A DNA stretch of 64,000 bases from Candidatus Levyibacteriota bacterium. GTDB taxonomy: Bacteria > Patescibacteriota > Microgenomatia > Levybacterales > GWA1-39-11. Of the stretch, positions 18,861 through 27,617 are shown piece by piece (within the stretch, counting starts at the first letter, position 1; each line of letters opens with the position of its first letter). The DNA lies in contig JAGORM010000003.1 of assembly GCA_018062815.1 (NCBI GenBank), positions 5,378 through 69,377 on the forward strand, given 5' to 3'. The notes under the pieces are model-generated. The model did no database searches. It was not told where the DNA came from and was given only the letters and a program-made list of their open reading frames with translations. The position numbers and the translations under genes were made by a program.

Positions 18861-21023
18861 ATGAAAGAACGAATAAAGAAAACTTTTGTATATAGACACT
18901 GGAAAAGAATAGTAATCATCTGTGTGGTTATTGCATTTATTATTTTTGCGTATTTTTATGTTTTAAAGGATATTCCTACTACAGCAACCATTGGGAACCG
19001 AAATTTTCCTCAATCATCAAAAATCTATGATAGAAACGGAAAGTTACTCTACACTATATATACCTCTAAAAATCAAACATTTGTTCCACTGACAAAAATA
19101 CCAAAAAACTTGCAGAATGCAACTATTGCAATTGAGGATAAAGATTTTTATAACCATGGACCGGTTGATATTCGAGGAATAATAAGAGCTGCATATTCCA
19201 CACTTGTTAAAAAACAAACACAAGGAGGCTCCACTCTTACTCAACAACTTGTGAAGACAACTCTGCTTACTCCTGAACAAACAATTCAGCGAAAAATTAA
19301 AGAAGTTATACTCTCTTTCATTGTTGAGGAAACTCACTCAAAGGATTCAATTTTAGAGATGTATCTAAATCAAGTTCCATATGGCGGTACTGCTTATGGA
19401 GTGCAAGCAGCAAGCCAAGTGTATTTTGATAAATCAGTTTCAAAGCTTGATCTTGCTGAGTCCGCTTTTTTAGCTGGATTGCCTGAAGCACCTTCGCTTT
19501 ACTCTCCTTTTGGCTCACATCCTGAAGCTGCAAAGCGACGTCAGGAGGAGATATTAAGAAAAATGTATGAACAGAAATATATTACAAAGCAACAAATGGA
19601 AAAAGCCCTAAAAGAAGATCTTAAATTTACAAAAATAAGAGACAGAATTCTTGCACCTCACTTTGTTTTTTATGTAAAAGATTTATTAGTGCAAAAATAC
19701 GGACAAAAAATGGTTGAACAAGGTGGTTTACAGGTCACAACTACACTTGACCTTGTCTTACAGGAGTATGCCCAAGCGTCTCTTTCTGCTGAGATTGAGG
19801 AATCTTCACAGTATAAAATTACAAATGGTGCAGCGCTTGTAACACAACCAGGAACAGGAGAGATACTTGCTATGGTTGGGTCAAAAAACTATTTTGATGT
19901 TGAGCAAGACGGAAATGTAAACGTTGCCCTTTCAAGAAGACAGCCCGGGTCTTCTATAAAACCTATAAACTATGCAACTGGTTTAGTAAAAGGATTTACT
20001 GCCGCAACACCGTTTGTTGATGAAAGAACCTGTTTTAATAATGTAGGACAACCTGATTATTGTCCTGTTAATTATGACGGTAAATTCCACGGGGTGCAGC
20101 AGATGAGATATTCCTTAGGTAACTCATACAACGTACCAGCTGTTAAGATGCTGAAGGCAAATGGAATTGACGCTATGATTGCAACGGCATCTGCAATGGG
20201 GATAACAACTTTTACAGATCCTGAGCGGTATGGTTTATCTCTTACTTTAGGTGGAGGGGAAGTCACAATGCTTAACTTAGCAGAGGCGTTTGGTGTATTT
20301 GCAAACGGAGGATATAAAATTCCGCTTACTCCAATCCTGAAAGTTACAAATAGCAGCGGTAAGGTGTTGGAGCAATATGTCCCCCCAAGCAGCCCAATCT
20401 TTGGCGAGAAAGTTCTTCCAAGTGGAGTAGCATTTATTGTTTCTCATATGCTACAAGATAACAGTGCAAGAACTGCAGCATTTGGTCCTGCATCAATATT
20501 GAAAGTTAAAAATTATCCGATTTCAGTAAAAACCGGAACTACAAACGACTACAGAGATAATTGGACCATTGGATACTCTCCTTCTTATGTTGTTGCTGTG
20601 TGGGTTGGAAACAACGATAACAGCCCTATGAGCGGAATAGTTTCAGGAGTATCAGGCGCTGCACCTATTTGGAGATCTGTAATGGATTATATGGTAGAAA
20701 AAAACCCTCCTAAAGCACTAATTCAGCCAGACAACGTAGTAGGGCTTACGGTTTGTGCTGACTCAGGGCTTTTGCCTCAACCTGAAGGAACACCTGACAG
20801 GTGTCCTACTAGGTATGAGTATTTTGTAAAAGGTACACAACCAAAACAAACGGATCCAGGAAAGCAAAAGGTACAGGTTGATAAAGATACTCATGATCTT
20901 CCTCCAAAAGGTAAAACTGACAATTTAATTGAAGAAGACCATAGAGTAGTTACAGACCCTACAGGGGATAGATACTGTGTTGATTGTCCGCATCCTCAAC
21001 CTTCCCCTACTCCAAATCCATAG
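18861..21023 (+). CDS. class A penicillin-binding protein (transglycosylase plus transpeptidase)
   Basis: GT51 motifs 'IAIEDKDFYNHGPVDIRGIIRA', 'GGSTLTQQLVK'. Transpeptidase SxxK 'SSIK', SxN 'SYN', 'KTGTT'. Pro-rich C-terminal tail. Confidence 0.9.
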   Translation: MKERIKKTFVYRHWKRIVIICVVIAFIIFAYFYVLKDIPTTATIGNRNFPQSSKIYDRNGKLLYTIYTSKNQTFVPLTKIPKNLQNATIAIEDKDFYNHGPVDIRGIIRAAYSTLVKKQTQGGSTLTQQLVKTTLLTPEQTIQRKIKEVILSFIVEETHSKDSILEMYLNQVPYGGTAYGVQAASQVYFDKSVSKLDLAESAFLAGLPEAPSLYSPFGSHPEAAKRRQEEILRKMYEQKYITKQQMEKALKEDLKFTKIRDRILAPHFVFYVKDLLVQKYGQKMVEQGGLQVTTTLDLVLQEYAQASLSAEIEESSQYKITNGAALVTQPGTGEILAMVGSKNYFDVEQDGNVNVALSRRQPGSSIKPINYATGLVKGFTAATPFVDERTCFNNVGQPDYCPVNYDGKFHGVQQMRYSLGNSYNVPAVKMLKANGIDAMIATASAMGITTFTDPERYGLSLTLGGGEVTMLNLAEAFGVFANGGYKIPLTPILKVTNSSGKVLEQYVPPSSPIFGEKVLPSGVAFIVSHMLQDNSARTAAFGPASILKVKNYPISVKTGTTNDYRDNWTIGYSPSYVVAVWVGNNDNSPMSGIVSGVSGAAPIWRSVMDYMVEKNPPKALIQPDNVVGLTVCADSGLLPQPEGTPDRCPTRYEYFVKGTQPKQTDPGKQKVQVDKDTHDLPPKGKTDNLIEEDHRVVTDPTGDRYCVDCPHPQPSPTPNP

Positions 21024-21041
21024 TTTTAAATAATGGCTGCT

Positions 21042-22331
21042 TTATTTTTTGTTTTGTATATAAGTTAGACCCACAATCACTGCAAAAAGTAATTCTCCTT
21101 GCTGAATAGTGATTGGGTAGTGATCGAAAAGTCCAACAAAGATAAGTGAGATAAGCATTACTAGAGGAAGCTCGTTAAAGGAAAATAAATGTTTTTCAGA
21201 CCTTGCCTTTTTCCATGCAGTTGCAAGTACAACACTTAAAAAATACCCGAAAACAAATAACCCTAATAATCCAAGCTCACTTGTAATTAATAGAAAAATA
21301 TTGTGAACGGGTTGCAAATATACATTTGAAAAGTTCAACTGTTGGTTTTGCTCAAATGTATAGAAGTTTAATAATCCAACACCAGTAAGAGGGTTTGAGG
21401 TAAAAGCTTTTACACTTACTTCAATTAAATTTTCTCGGGGGGAAAGACTATCTATAAAGTTTGTTGGGTTAAAGCGCATGCCGTAGAGAAAAAGATAGAA
21501 AAAAGTAAACACAACGAGAAGAACAATAAATATATAGTTAATTTTTTTCCTTCCATTTTCGCGCAGTGTTACATATCCAAATGCATAGAGAAGAAATAAA
21601 AGGTTAAGAAAAAGTACTACTCTTGAGAATGTGAGAAACAACCCGGCCTGAATTAATATAATTGCCGCAAAATATCCATACCGTTTTATGTTTTTGGTGT
21701 TATGCATTCCATATGTAGCAAAAGTAGAAGCAAAGAAAAGGAAAAACGCTAAAACATTTGGGTGGGGAAACGTTCCATATGGACGTACCAGAATTCCCTG
21801 GGGCAAATTAATGGTTGCGATTCCTATGCTAAGTATGTTGTAATAGCGCTCGCCAAAATAATATAAAACTCCGTTTAGAGATTGTTGACTGATAAATTGA
21901 AAAATTGAAAGAATTGATTCAAGTACGCCAGTAAGCGTGAAAAGAACACACATTGAAATTATGTCTTTTTTTGTCAGTACTGTTGCGATAAATATCCCCA
22001 AGTAAAGAAATTCAAAAAATTTAAGCATCCCAAAAAGGACTGCATATGGTGACCCAACATAGAATAGAGAGGTAACACAAACAGTAATTAATAATATAAA
22101 TAATTTGTTTGAGAATAGTTTATAGAAGAAAGAATTTTTAAAAACGAAACTTATAGAAAACACAAATAGAAAAACTATTAAAAGGTCTGAAATATAGACT
22201 GAAGGAGATAGGTAGTCAACCCTGATGCCATGTATGTATGAAAAATCTGGCCAAAAATGCGGACCAAATTGTTGAGGGAGAAAAAAAATGAGAAGGAAAA
22301 AAATAAATTTGGAGATTTGTAATCGTTTCAA
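21042..22331 (-). CDS. O-antigen ligase/polymerase family membrane protein (Wzy_C domain)
   Basis: 429 aa polytopic. 'VHNIFLLITSELGLLGL' and 'LTGVGLLNF' resemble the Wzy_C signature H-N-x-x-L-x-x-x-x-E-x-G-x-x-G. Confidence 0.6.
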   Translation of the reverse strand: MKRLQISKFIFFLLIFFLPQQFGPHFWPDFSYIHGIRVDYLSPSVYISDLLIVFLFVFSISFVFKNSFFYKLFSNKLFILLITVCVTSLFYVGSPYAVLFGMLKFFEFLYLGIFIATVLTKKDIISMCVLFTLTGVLESILSIFQFISQQSLNGVLYYFGERYYNILSIGIATINLPQGILVRPYGTFPHPNVLAFFLFFASTFATYGMHNTKNIKRYGYFAAIILIQAGLFLTFSRVVLFLNLLFLLYAFGYVTLRENGRKKINYIFIVLLVVFTFFYLFLYGMRFNPTNFIDSLSPRENLIEVSVKAFTSNPLTGVGLLNFYTFEQNQQLNFSNVYLQPVHNIFLLITSELGLLGLFVFGYFLSVVLATAWKKARSEKHLFSFNELPLVMLISLIFVGLFDHYPITIQQGELLFAVIVGLTYIQNKK

Positions 22332-22346
22332 CTAAGACATTGTAGA

Positions 22347-22799
22347 TTACTTCTTTTTGATTATCAATACGCGATCCCGATCATCACCAGTAGACTCTGT
22401 CATAACTTCAGTATCTTCAGCTAGCGCCATATGTACATGTCTTCTTTCCCAGGGCTTTAGACCTCGTACTGATTTTTCAACACCGGTCTCAAGTACCTCT
22501 TCTTTAAGTCTTGTTGCAAGGTCAGCCAGGTATGCTTCGCGCTCTTCTCTGTACCCGCCTATTTCAATAAGAATTCTTTTTCCTTCTGGTAGGTCTTTTG
22601 CGACAAGGATATATATTACGTATTCTAAGGCAGATAATGTGTTTCCATGTTTTCCAATGAGTAGTGCATTGTTATCTTTCGCATCTATGCCTACTACAAG
22701 CGCTTCGTCCCTCTCTGACACTAAGACTTCTGCCTCAATATCCATAAGGTCCATAAGCTCTTCTATTTTCTCTGTTATTATTTTAATGTTTTCTTCCAT
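22347..22799 (-). CDS. jag: Jag/KhpB RNA-binding protein (KH plus R3H)
   Basis: 'LKPWERRHVHMAL' R3H motif plus KH-like 'GKHGNTLSALEYVIYIL'. Immediately downstream of yidC, the conserved order. Internal ATG 22799 preferred. Confidence 0.8.
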   Translation of the reverse strand: MEENIKIITEKIEELMDLMDIEAEVLVSERDEALVVGIDAKDNNALLIGKHGNTLSALEYVIYILVAKDLPEGKRILIEIGGYREEREAYLADLATRLKEEVLETGVEKSVRGLKPWERRHVHMALAEDTEVMTESTGDDRDRVLIIKKK

Positions 22800-23643
22800 G
22801 TAAGTTAATTTTCTTGAACCAGGGGTGTGCACCTCCTGCTCCTACAATCAAATACTGCTGAATTATACCAAAAATTGTGAACGTATTCCAATAGAGGGAT
22901 AAACCAAGGGGCAGATTGTATGAAAAGAAAGCAATCATAATAGGGAAAATAAATAGTGATTGATTTTGAAATGCGGTTTGAAAGTCGTCACTTTTAGCAG
23001 TTTTCTTAGATGAATCCTTTCCTTTTTCTTTTTTTACGACATCATCTGGGTGCGGAAGCATCATTTTAGAGAGTATAAACTGCAAAAGCCCTGTTACAAG
23101 AGGAATCAAAAGAAAAAGTGGGTTTGATGCGATAAGCTTTGCAGGAGTAGAGGAGAGTAAAATGCCAAAAAAGTAAACATTCCAATCAGCTTGATTAATA
23201 TGCAGCCACGGAAAGTAAAGAACTTTATTTATACTTTTTAATGTGTTTGGGTCAGTGTTTACCACATGAGTTAAGACATTGTATAAGCTCCAAATAATAG
23301 GAAGCTGTATAAGAAGAGGTAAGCATCCTGCCATAGGATTAATTCCATGCTCCTTATAAAGCGCCATGGTAGCTGCCTGTTGTTGTTTTGCGTCTCCCTT
23401 GTGTTTTTCTTTTATTGCAGCAACATGAGGAGCTACTTTCTGCATTTTGTGAGCAGACCTTATTTGTTGAGTTGTGAAAGGGTAGAGAACAAGGCGAATA
23501 AGAATGGTGAGCCCTATGATTGAAAAACCAAGAGGGTATGGAGCATGTACGAAAAGCAAGAGTTGGTAAATCCCAACAAGTATATTTGTAATCGGATTAA
23601 TAAATAATATGTTAAAAATTGACCCTATTGCTTGGAAGTCCAT
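22783..23643 (-). CDS. yidC: membrane protein insertase YidC (short form)
   Basis: 286 aa. Conserved TM2 'HKMQKVAPHVAAIKEKHKGD' region and C-terminal TM bundle. Lies between rnpA and jag. Confidence 0.85.
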   Translation of the reverse strand: MDFQAIGSIFNILFINPITNILVGIYQLLLFVHAPYPLGFSIIGLTILIRLVLYPFTTQQIRSAHKMQKVAPHVAAIKEKHKGDAKQQQAATMALYKEHGINPMAGCLPLLIQLPIIWSLYNVLTHVVNTDPNTLKSINKVLYFPWLHINQADWNVYFFGILLSSTPAKLIASNPLFLLIPLVTGLLQFILSKMMLPHPDDVVKKEKGKDSSKKTAKSDDFQTAFQNQSLFIFPIMIAFFSYNLPLGLSLYWNTFTIFGIIQQYLIVGAGGAHPWFKKINLHGRKH

Positions 23644-23645
23644 AA

Positions 23646-23960
23646 TTATTTGTTCAGTCTTAGAATAACGCGTTCAACTTCATCTATTATAGCTGATTTT
23701 TTGTATTCATGAAAGGGCATTCTTAAAAATACTACAATAGTGTATGAATTTTGTGCATTTTTACACGCATTTGTAATTGCTTCGCGTACCATGCGTTTTG
23801 CTTTATTTCGGAGTACAGCCTTTTTAGACACTTTTTTCCCTGCAATAACTCCAAACTTTGGATTATCAGACTTCTGATATCGGAAAACAAAGAGTGGAGA
23901 AATAATTTTTTCTTTAGGAATACCTTTTTTAAATGAGAACCTTTGGGATTTTTTAAACAT
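23646..23960 (-). CDS. rnpA: ribonuclease P protein component
   Basis: 104 aa basic protein 'FGVIAGKKVSKKAVLRNKAKRMVREAI'. Directly downstream of rpmH. Confidence 0.85.
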   Translation of the reverse strand: MFKKSQRFSFKKGIPKEKIISPLFVFRYQKSDNPKFGVIAGKKVSKKAVLRNKAKRMVREAITNACKNAQNSYTIVVFLRMPFHEYKKSAIIDEVERVILRLNK

Positions 23961-23964
23961 GAAG

Positions 23965-24115
23965 TGAAAAGCTATTTGGAGGGAGCCAGTTTCTTTCTTC
24001 CCTTAAGCCTTCTTCTTTTTAAGACAGCTTTACCGCTGTGGGTTTTATTTCTGGACATAAATCCATGTTTTTTTATCCCCTTCACCTTTTTGTGCTTCAT
24101 TCGTTTTTCAGACAT
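23965..24115 (-). CDS. rpmH: 50S ribosomal protein bL34
   Basis: Not in the ORF track (under 60 aa). Reverse-strand translation 'M(SEKR)MKHKKVKGIKKHGFMSRNKTHSGKAVLKRRRLKGRKKLAPSK*'. Alternative start at 24100. Confidence 0.8.
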
Positions 24116-24297
24116 ATGGGTATTGTACTAAATTGTAAGTCAGTTGACAATAAGCAGCCTCGAGTGGGTAAAGAAGATATAAGATTTGAGGTGTTTCTTG
24201 TGTTGACCCATAAAAAAGACAAAAAATATTTTAGAATAAATATGCTTTTAAAATATTTCCTCTTTTCATCTACTCATTTTTTTGTTACTCTGAACAT

Positions 24298-25374
24298 ATG
24301 GTAAAAGTTGCAATAAATGGTTATGGAAGAATAGGAAGGGTTGCTCATAGAATCATTATTGAAAAACATTCAGATGAAGTAGAAGTGGTTGCAATAAATG
24401 CAGGATCCAGTACTGATATGCAGGGATGGATGTATTTACTCAAATATGATACTAGTTATGGTCCGCTTTCTCACCATGCTTTATTTATACAAAAGCCTGA
24501 AGAAGTAACTGCAACCTCTATCCCCACAATAGGTGCCTTGGTGATAGACGACAAAGTAATCCCTTTTTTCTCTGAAAAAGATCCTACTAAGCTTCCCTGG
24601 AAAGAGTTGGATGTAGATGTGGTTATTGAGTCAACAGGAGCATTTACAACGCCTGAAAAAATTCAGCCACATTTGGATTCAGGAGCAAAATCTATTGTTT
24701 TGTCTGCGCCCTTTAAAGACGAAGCAGCTTCTGCAACCTATGTATTAGGAGTAAACCTGGAATCTAATAAAACGGATAATTTGGAGAATGTTATAAGTAA
24801 CGCATCATGTACAACAAATTGTATTGCGCCTGTTGCAGCGGTAATGGAACAAGCGTTTGGAATAGAGAAGGCGATGATGACGACTATTCACAGTTACACC
24901 TCTGACCAGAGAGTGCAAGATGGCGGACATAAAGATTATAGACGGGCAAGAGCCTCAGCTCAAAATATTATTCCTACCTCTACCGGGGCAGCTAAAGCTG
25001 CCGCTAAAGCAATTCCAAGTCTTGAAGGAATATTTAATGGTCTTGCCGTACGAGTACCGACTGTTGTAGGATCTTTGTCAGATTTTACTTTTTTACTAAA
25101 AAAAACAGTTACAGTTGAAGAGGTAAAGGCAGAGCTTAAAAGCGCAGCTGACGCTCCCAGGTGGAAAGGAATAATAAGGGCAACAAGTGATCCTATTGTT
25201 TCCAGTGATATTATTGGTGATTCTCATTCCTCTATAGTAGACCTTTCATTGACTCAAGTCGTAGGCGGTAATATGGTAAAGGTTGTTGCATGGTATGACA
25301 ATGAATTTGGATACGCTAATAGACTTGTTGAAGAGACTGTAATCCTCGGTAATAAGTATCAGACAAGAAAGTAA
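24298..25374 (+). CDS. gap: glyceraldehyde-3-phosphate dehydrogenase (type I)
   Basis: 'MVKVAINGYGRIGR', active site 'SNASCTTNCIAPV', 'WYDNEFGYANR'. Confidence 0.95.
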   Translation: MVKVAINGYGRIGRVAHRIIIEKHSDEVEVVAINAGSSTDMQGWMYLLKYDTSYGPLSHHALFIQKPEEVTATSIPTIGALVIDDKVIPFFSEKDPTKLPWKELDVDVVIESTGAFTTPEKIQPHLDSGAKSIVLSAPFKDEAASATYVLGVNLESNKTDNLENVISNASCTTNCIAPVAAVMEQAFGIEKAMMTTIHSYTSDQRVQDGGHKDYRRARASAQNIIPTSTGAAKAAAKAIPSLEGIFNGLAVRVPTVVGSLSDFTFLLKKTVTVEEVKAELKSAADAPRWKGIIRATSDPIVSSDIIGDSHSSIVDLSLTQVVGGNMVKVVAWYDNEFGYANRLVEETVILGNKYQTRK

Positions 25375-25443
25375 TTACTAATTGACCTGATCATTAAATA
25401 ATGATTTAATACCCAATTATCTCAGGCATTTTAAAAAACTACT

Positions 25444-26022
25444 ATGAAAAACACAAGAATAATCACTGTTTCAGGGAGAATTGGTGCAGGCTCAACAACT
25501 CTTGCGAATGGTATCGCGCACCACTTAGGGTGGAAGCATATTGAGGGTGGAGAGATTTTTTGGGAGGCAATACGTTCTCGAATGAACGTAGACGCAAAAG
25601 ATACACATCTTCGACCAGATGAAGAAGACGCTCTTTTTGACGAACAACTTAAAAAAATTCTTAAAGAAAATAAAAACATTGTTTTGGAGACAAAACTTGC
25701 AGGATACAATGCGCAAGGGGTTGAGGGGGTTTTTAAGATCCTTGTTATATGTGAAGACAGAAATGGGGTAGACCAGACTCAAATGAGAATTGACAGGTTG
25801 GTTAACCGTGAAGGAAAAGCTATGGAAGATGCAAAAAAAGAGGTCTTAGAACGGGAAAAGAATGATTTGGCGAAGTGGAGGCATATGTATGCTCATGATG
25901 ATCAGGATTGGGTGTATTTTGACCCTAAATATTATGATTTTGTGATAAATACCTTTGAACACAGTAAAGAAGAAACATTAAAAATCGTACAGGATGTTCT
26001 TGAAAAAAATAAAGACAACTAA
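25444..26022 (+). CDS. P-loop kinase of the cytidylate kinase-like family
   Basis: Walker A 'VSGRIGAGSTTLA' at the N-terminus. 192 aa. Overall Cmk/AAA-kinase-like layout. Confidence 0.5.
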   Translation: MKNTRIITVSGRIGAGSTTLANGIAHHLGWKHIEGGEIFWEAIRSRMNVDAKDTHLRPDEEDALFDEQLKKILKENKNIVLETKLAGYNAQGVEGVFKILVICEDRNGVDQTQMRIDRLVNREGKAMEDAKKEVLEREKNDLAKWRHMYAHDDQDWVYFDPKYYDFVINTFEHSKEETLKIVQDVLEKNKDN

Positions 26023-26498
26023 ATATCCCCTTTTTTATCTAACTGATTTTTTCTCCATTTTCTGTAAAAATCTTCTCGTTTTGTTTCCCTTTCAAATCTT
26101 CTCTCGTCTGCAGCTTTTATTAACGAGCTAACCTCATCTCCCAAGATAGAATTATTGTTTTCAATATATTCCATTGATTCTGTAACAAATTTTACCCCTG
26201 AATCATTCCCCGGAAGTGTATCGGTAAGATCATCTGCTATTTGATATATTCCTGAACGAATTTTAACTGCTGCATTTCCTGAAATTGCAGTCTTGTACCG
26301 CCTTATCTCTTCTATGAGAATTACAAACATTTCCTCAGTGGAGGCGTTATTAAGGCTAATTGGTGAATAGGAAGATGTGGGATGGGTGGTATTAAATTCT
26401 CTCCTGTGCTTTCTTACGGGCTCGGAAGCTTTTATGAGGCGTAGCTTTAGTTCTTCTGTGCTTGGTTCTTTTCTATGACTTGAATACCTTTCATTCAT
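26019..26498 (-). CDS. hypothetical protein
   Basis: 159-aa ORF, no recognisable motif. Confidence 0.3.
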   Translation of the reverse strand: MNERYSSHRKEPSTEELKLRLIKASEPVRKHRREFNTTHPTSSYSPISLNNASTEEMFVILIEEIRRYKTAISGNAAVKIRSGIYQIADDLTDTLPGNDSGVKFVTESMEYIENNNSILGDEVSSLIKAADERRFERETKREDFYRKWRKNQLDKKGDI

Positions 26499-26552
26499 AG
26501 CTAGATTATACCATTTAGTTAGTTATGTATAAAATTAAACGAGTATTAAAGA

Positions 26553-27608
26553 CTACTCAAGAATGCTTATCCCGGGAAGTTTTTTGCCTGACAGGAATTC
26601 CAACATGGCTCCGCCTCCAGTTGAGACGAATGAAAATTTATTAAGCAAATGATGTTGTTCAAGAAGCGTTAGAGAGTCTCCACCTCCAACCACTGAGTAA
26701 GCACCTGAATCAATTATTGATTTTGCTATCTTTAAAGAATTTGCTTCAGTTTTTGGGTCTCCCATCTTGCCCACAGGTCCATTCCATACAATTGTTTTGC
26801 AAAGTGCCATTATCTGCATAAAATTTTCCGCGTCTTTGTCTGTTATGTCTAAACCATCTATTGTGTTATCAGCTACTAGTACGGCAGATTTGTGTCCAAC
26901 AATTTTCTCATGCTGAACTTTAATTAATATCTTTGTTTCTTCGGCAATTTTTCCTCCAACAAGCACATAGTCTGCTATGTGATGCATTTTTTCTACTATC
27001 GGAAGCTTTGTCTCGATTTTTGCTCCTCCAATAAGAACTGCAAGAGGGCGTTTTGGATTTTTCATAACGTTTTCTAATGTTTTTACCTCTTTTTGAAGAT
27101 GAAAGCCTGCATAAGAAGGAAGTAATTTTGCTATTCCAACGGTGGTTGCATGTGCGCGGTGAGAGACTGCGAAAGCTTCATTTACAAAAATATCTCCAAG
27201 AGATGCTAGTTTTTTTGCAAAGGCTTCATCATTTTCTTCCTCGCCCTTGTTGAAGCGAATGTTTTCAAGTAATAGTAAGTTGTCTGTAATTTTCCAACAA
27301 GAAAATTCTTCTAATGTTTCCTGTTTTACTGCTCCCTTAAAGCGTTTAGCATACCACTTTGCGACAATTTCCAGGCTATATTCAGGGTTTATTTTCCCGT
27401 CAGGCCGTCCTAAGTGACCCATAAGGATTGCGTTTCCTCCATGATTTATTATGTATTCAATGGTTTCAAGTGAAGACAAGAGTCTTGTGTCGTCAAGGAT
27501 GGTGTCATTTTTAATATCAACATCTGAATCAATTCTTACCAGCACATTTTTGTTTTGCAAGTTATCTATCTCCGAGATGCTTCTTTGCGTCATAGTACTT
27601 TTATACAC
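26553..27608 (-). CDS. pgk: phosphoglycerate kinase (short form)
   Basis: 'VLVRIDSDVDI...DDTRL...ILMGHLGRPDGKINPEYSL', C-terminal 'GGGAMLEFLSGKKLPGI'. Confidence 0.9.
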   Translation of the reverse strand: MYKSTMTQRSISEIDNLQNKNVLVRIDSDVDIKNDTILDDTRLLSSLETIEYIINHGGNAILMGHLGRPDGKINPEYSLEIVAKWYAKRFKGAVKQETLEEFSCWKITDNLLLLENIRFNKGEEENDEAFAKKLASLGDIFVNEAFAVSHRAHATTVGIAKLLPSYAGFHLQKEVKTLENVMKNPKRPLAVLIGGAKIETKLPIVEKMHHIADYVLVGGKIAEETKILIKVQHEKIVGHKSAVLVADNTIDGLDITDKDAENFMQIMALCKTIVWNGPVGKMGDPKTEANSLKIAKSIIDSGAYSVVGGGDSLTLLEQHHLLNKFSFVSTGGGAMLEFLSGKKLPGISILE

Positions 27609-27617
27609 AAATAAAGT

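Noticed and set aside
22357-22803. 148-aa Ser-rich plus-strand ORF
   Set aside because: Entirely antisense to jag, low-complexity Ser/Ile composition. Typical shadow ORF.
24116-24297. Looked for an oriC-like DnaA-box cluster (TTATCCACA) upstream of rpmH
   Set aside because: No repeated DnaA-box-like 9-mers found. Region is just an AT-rich promoter spacer before gap.
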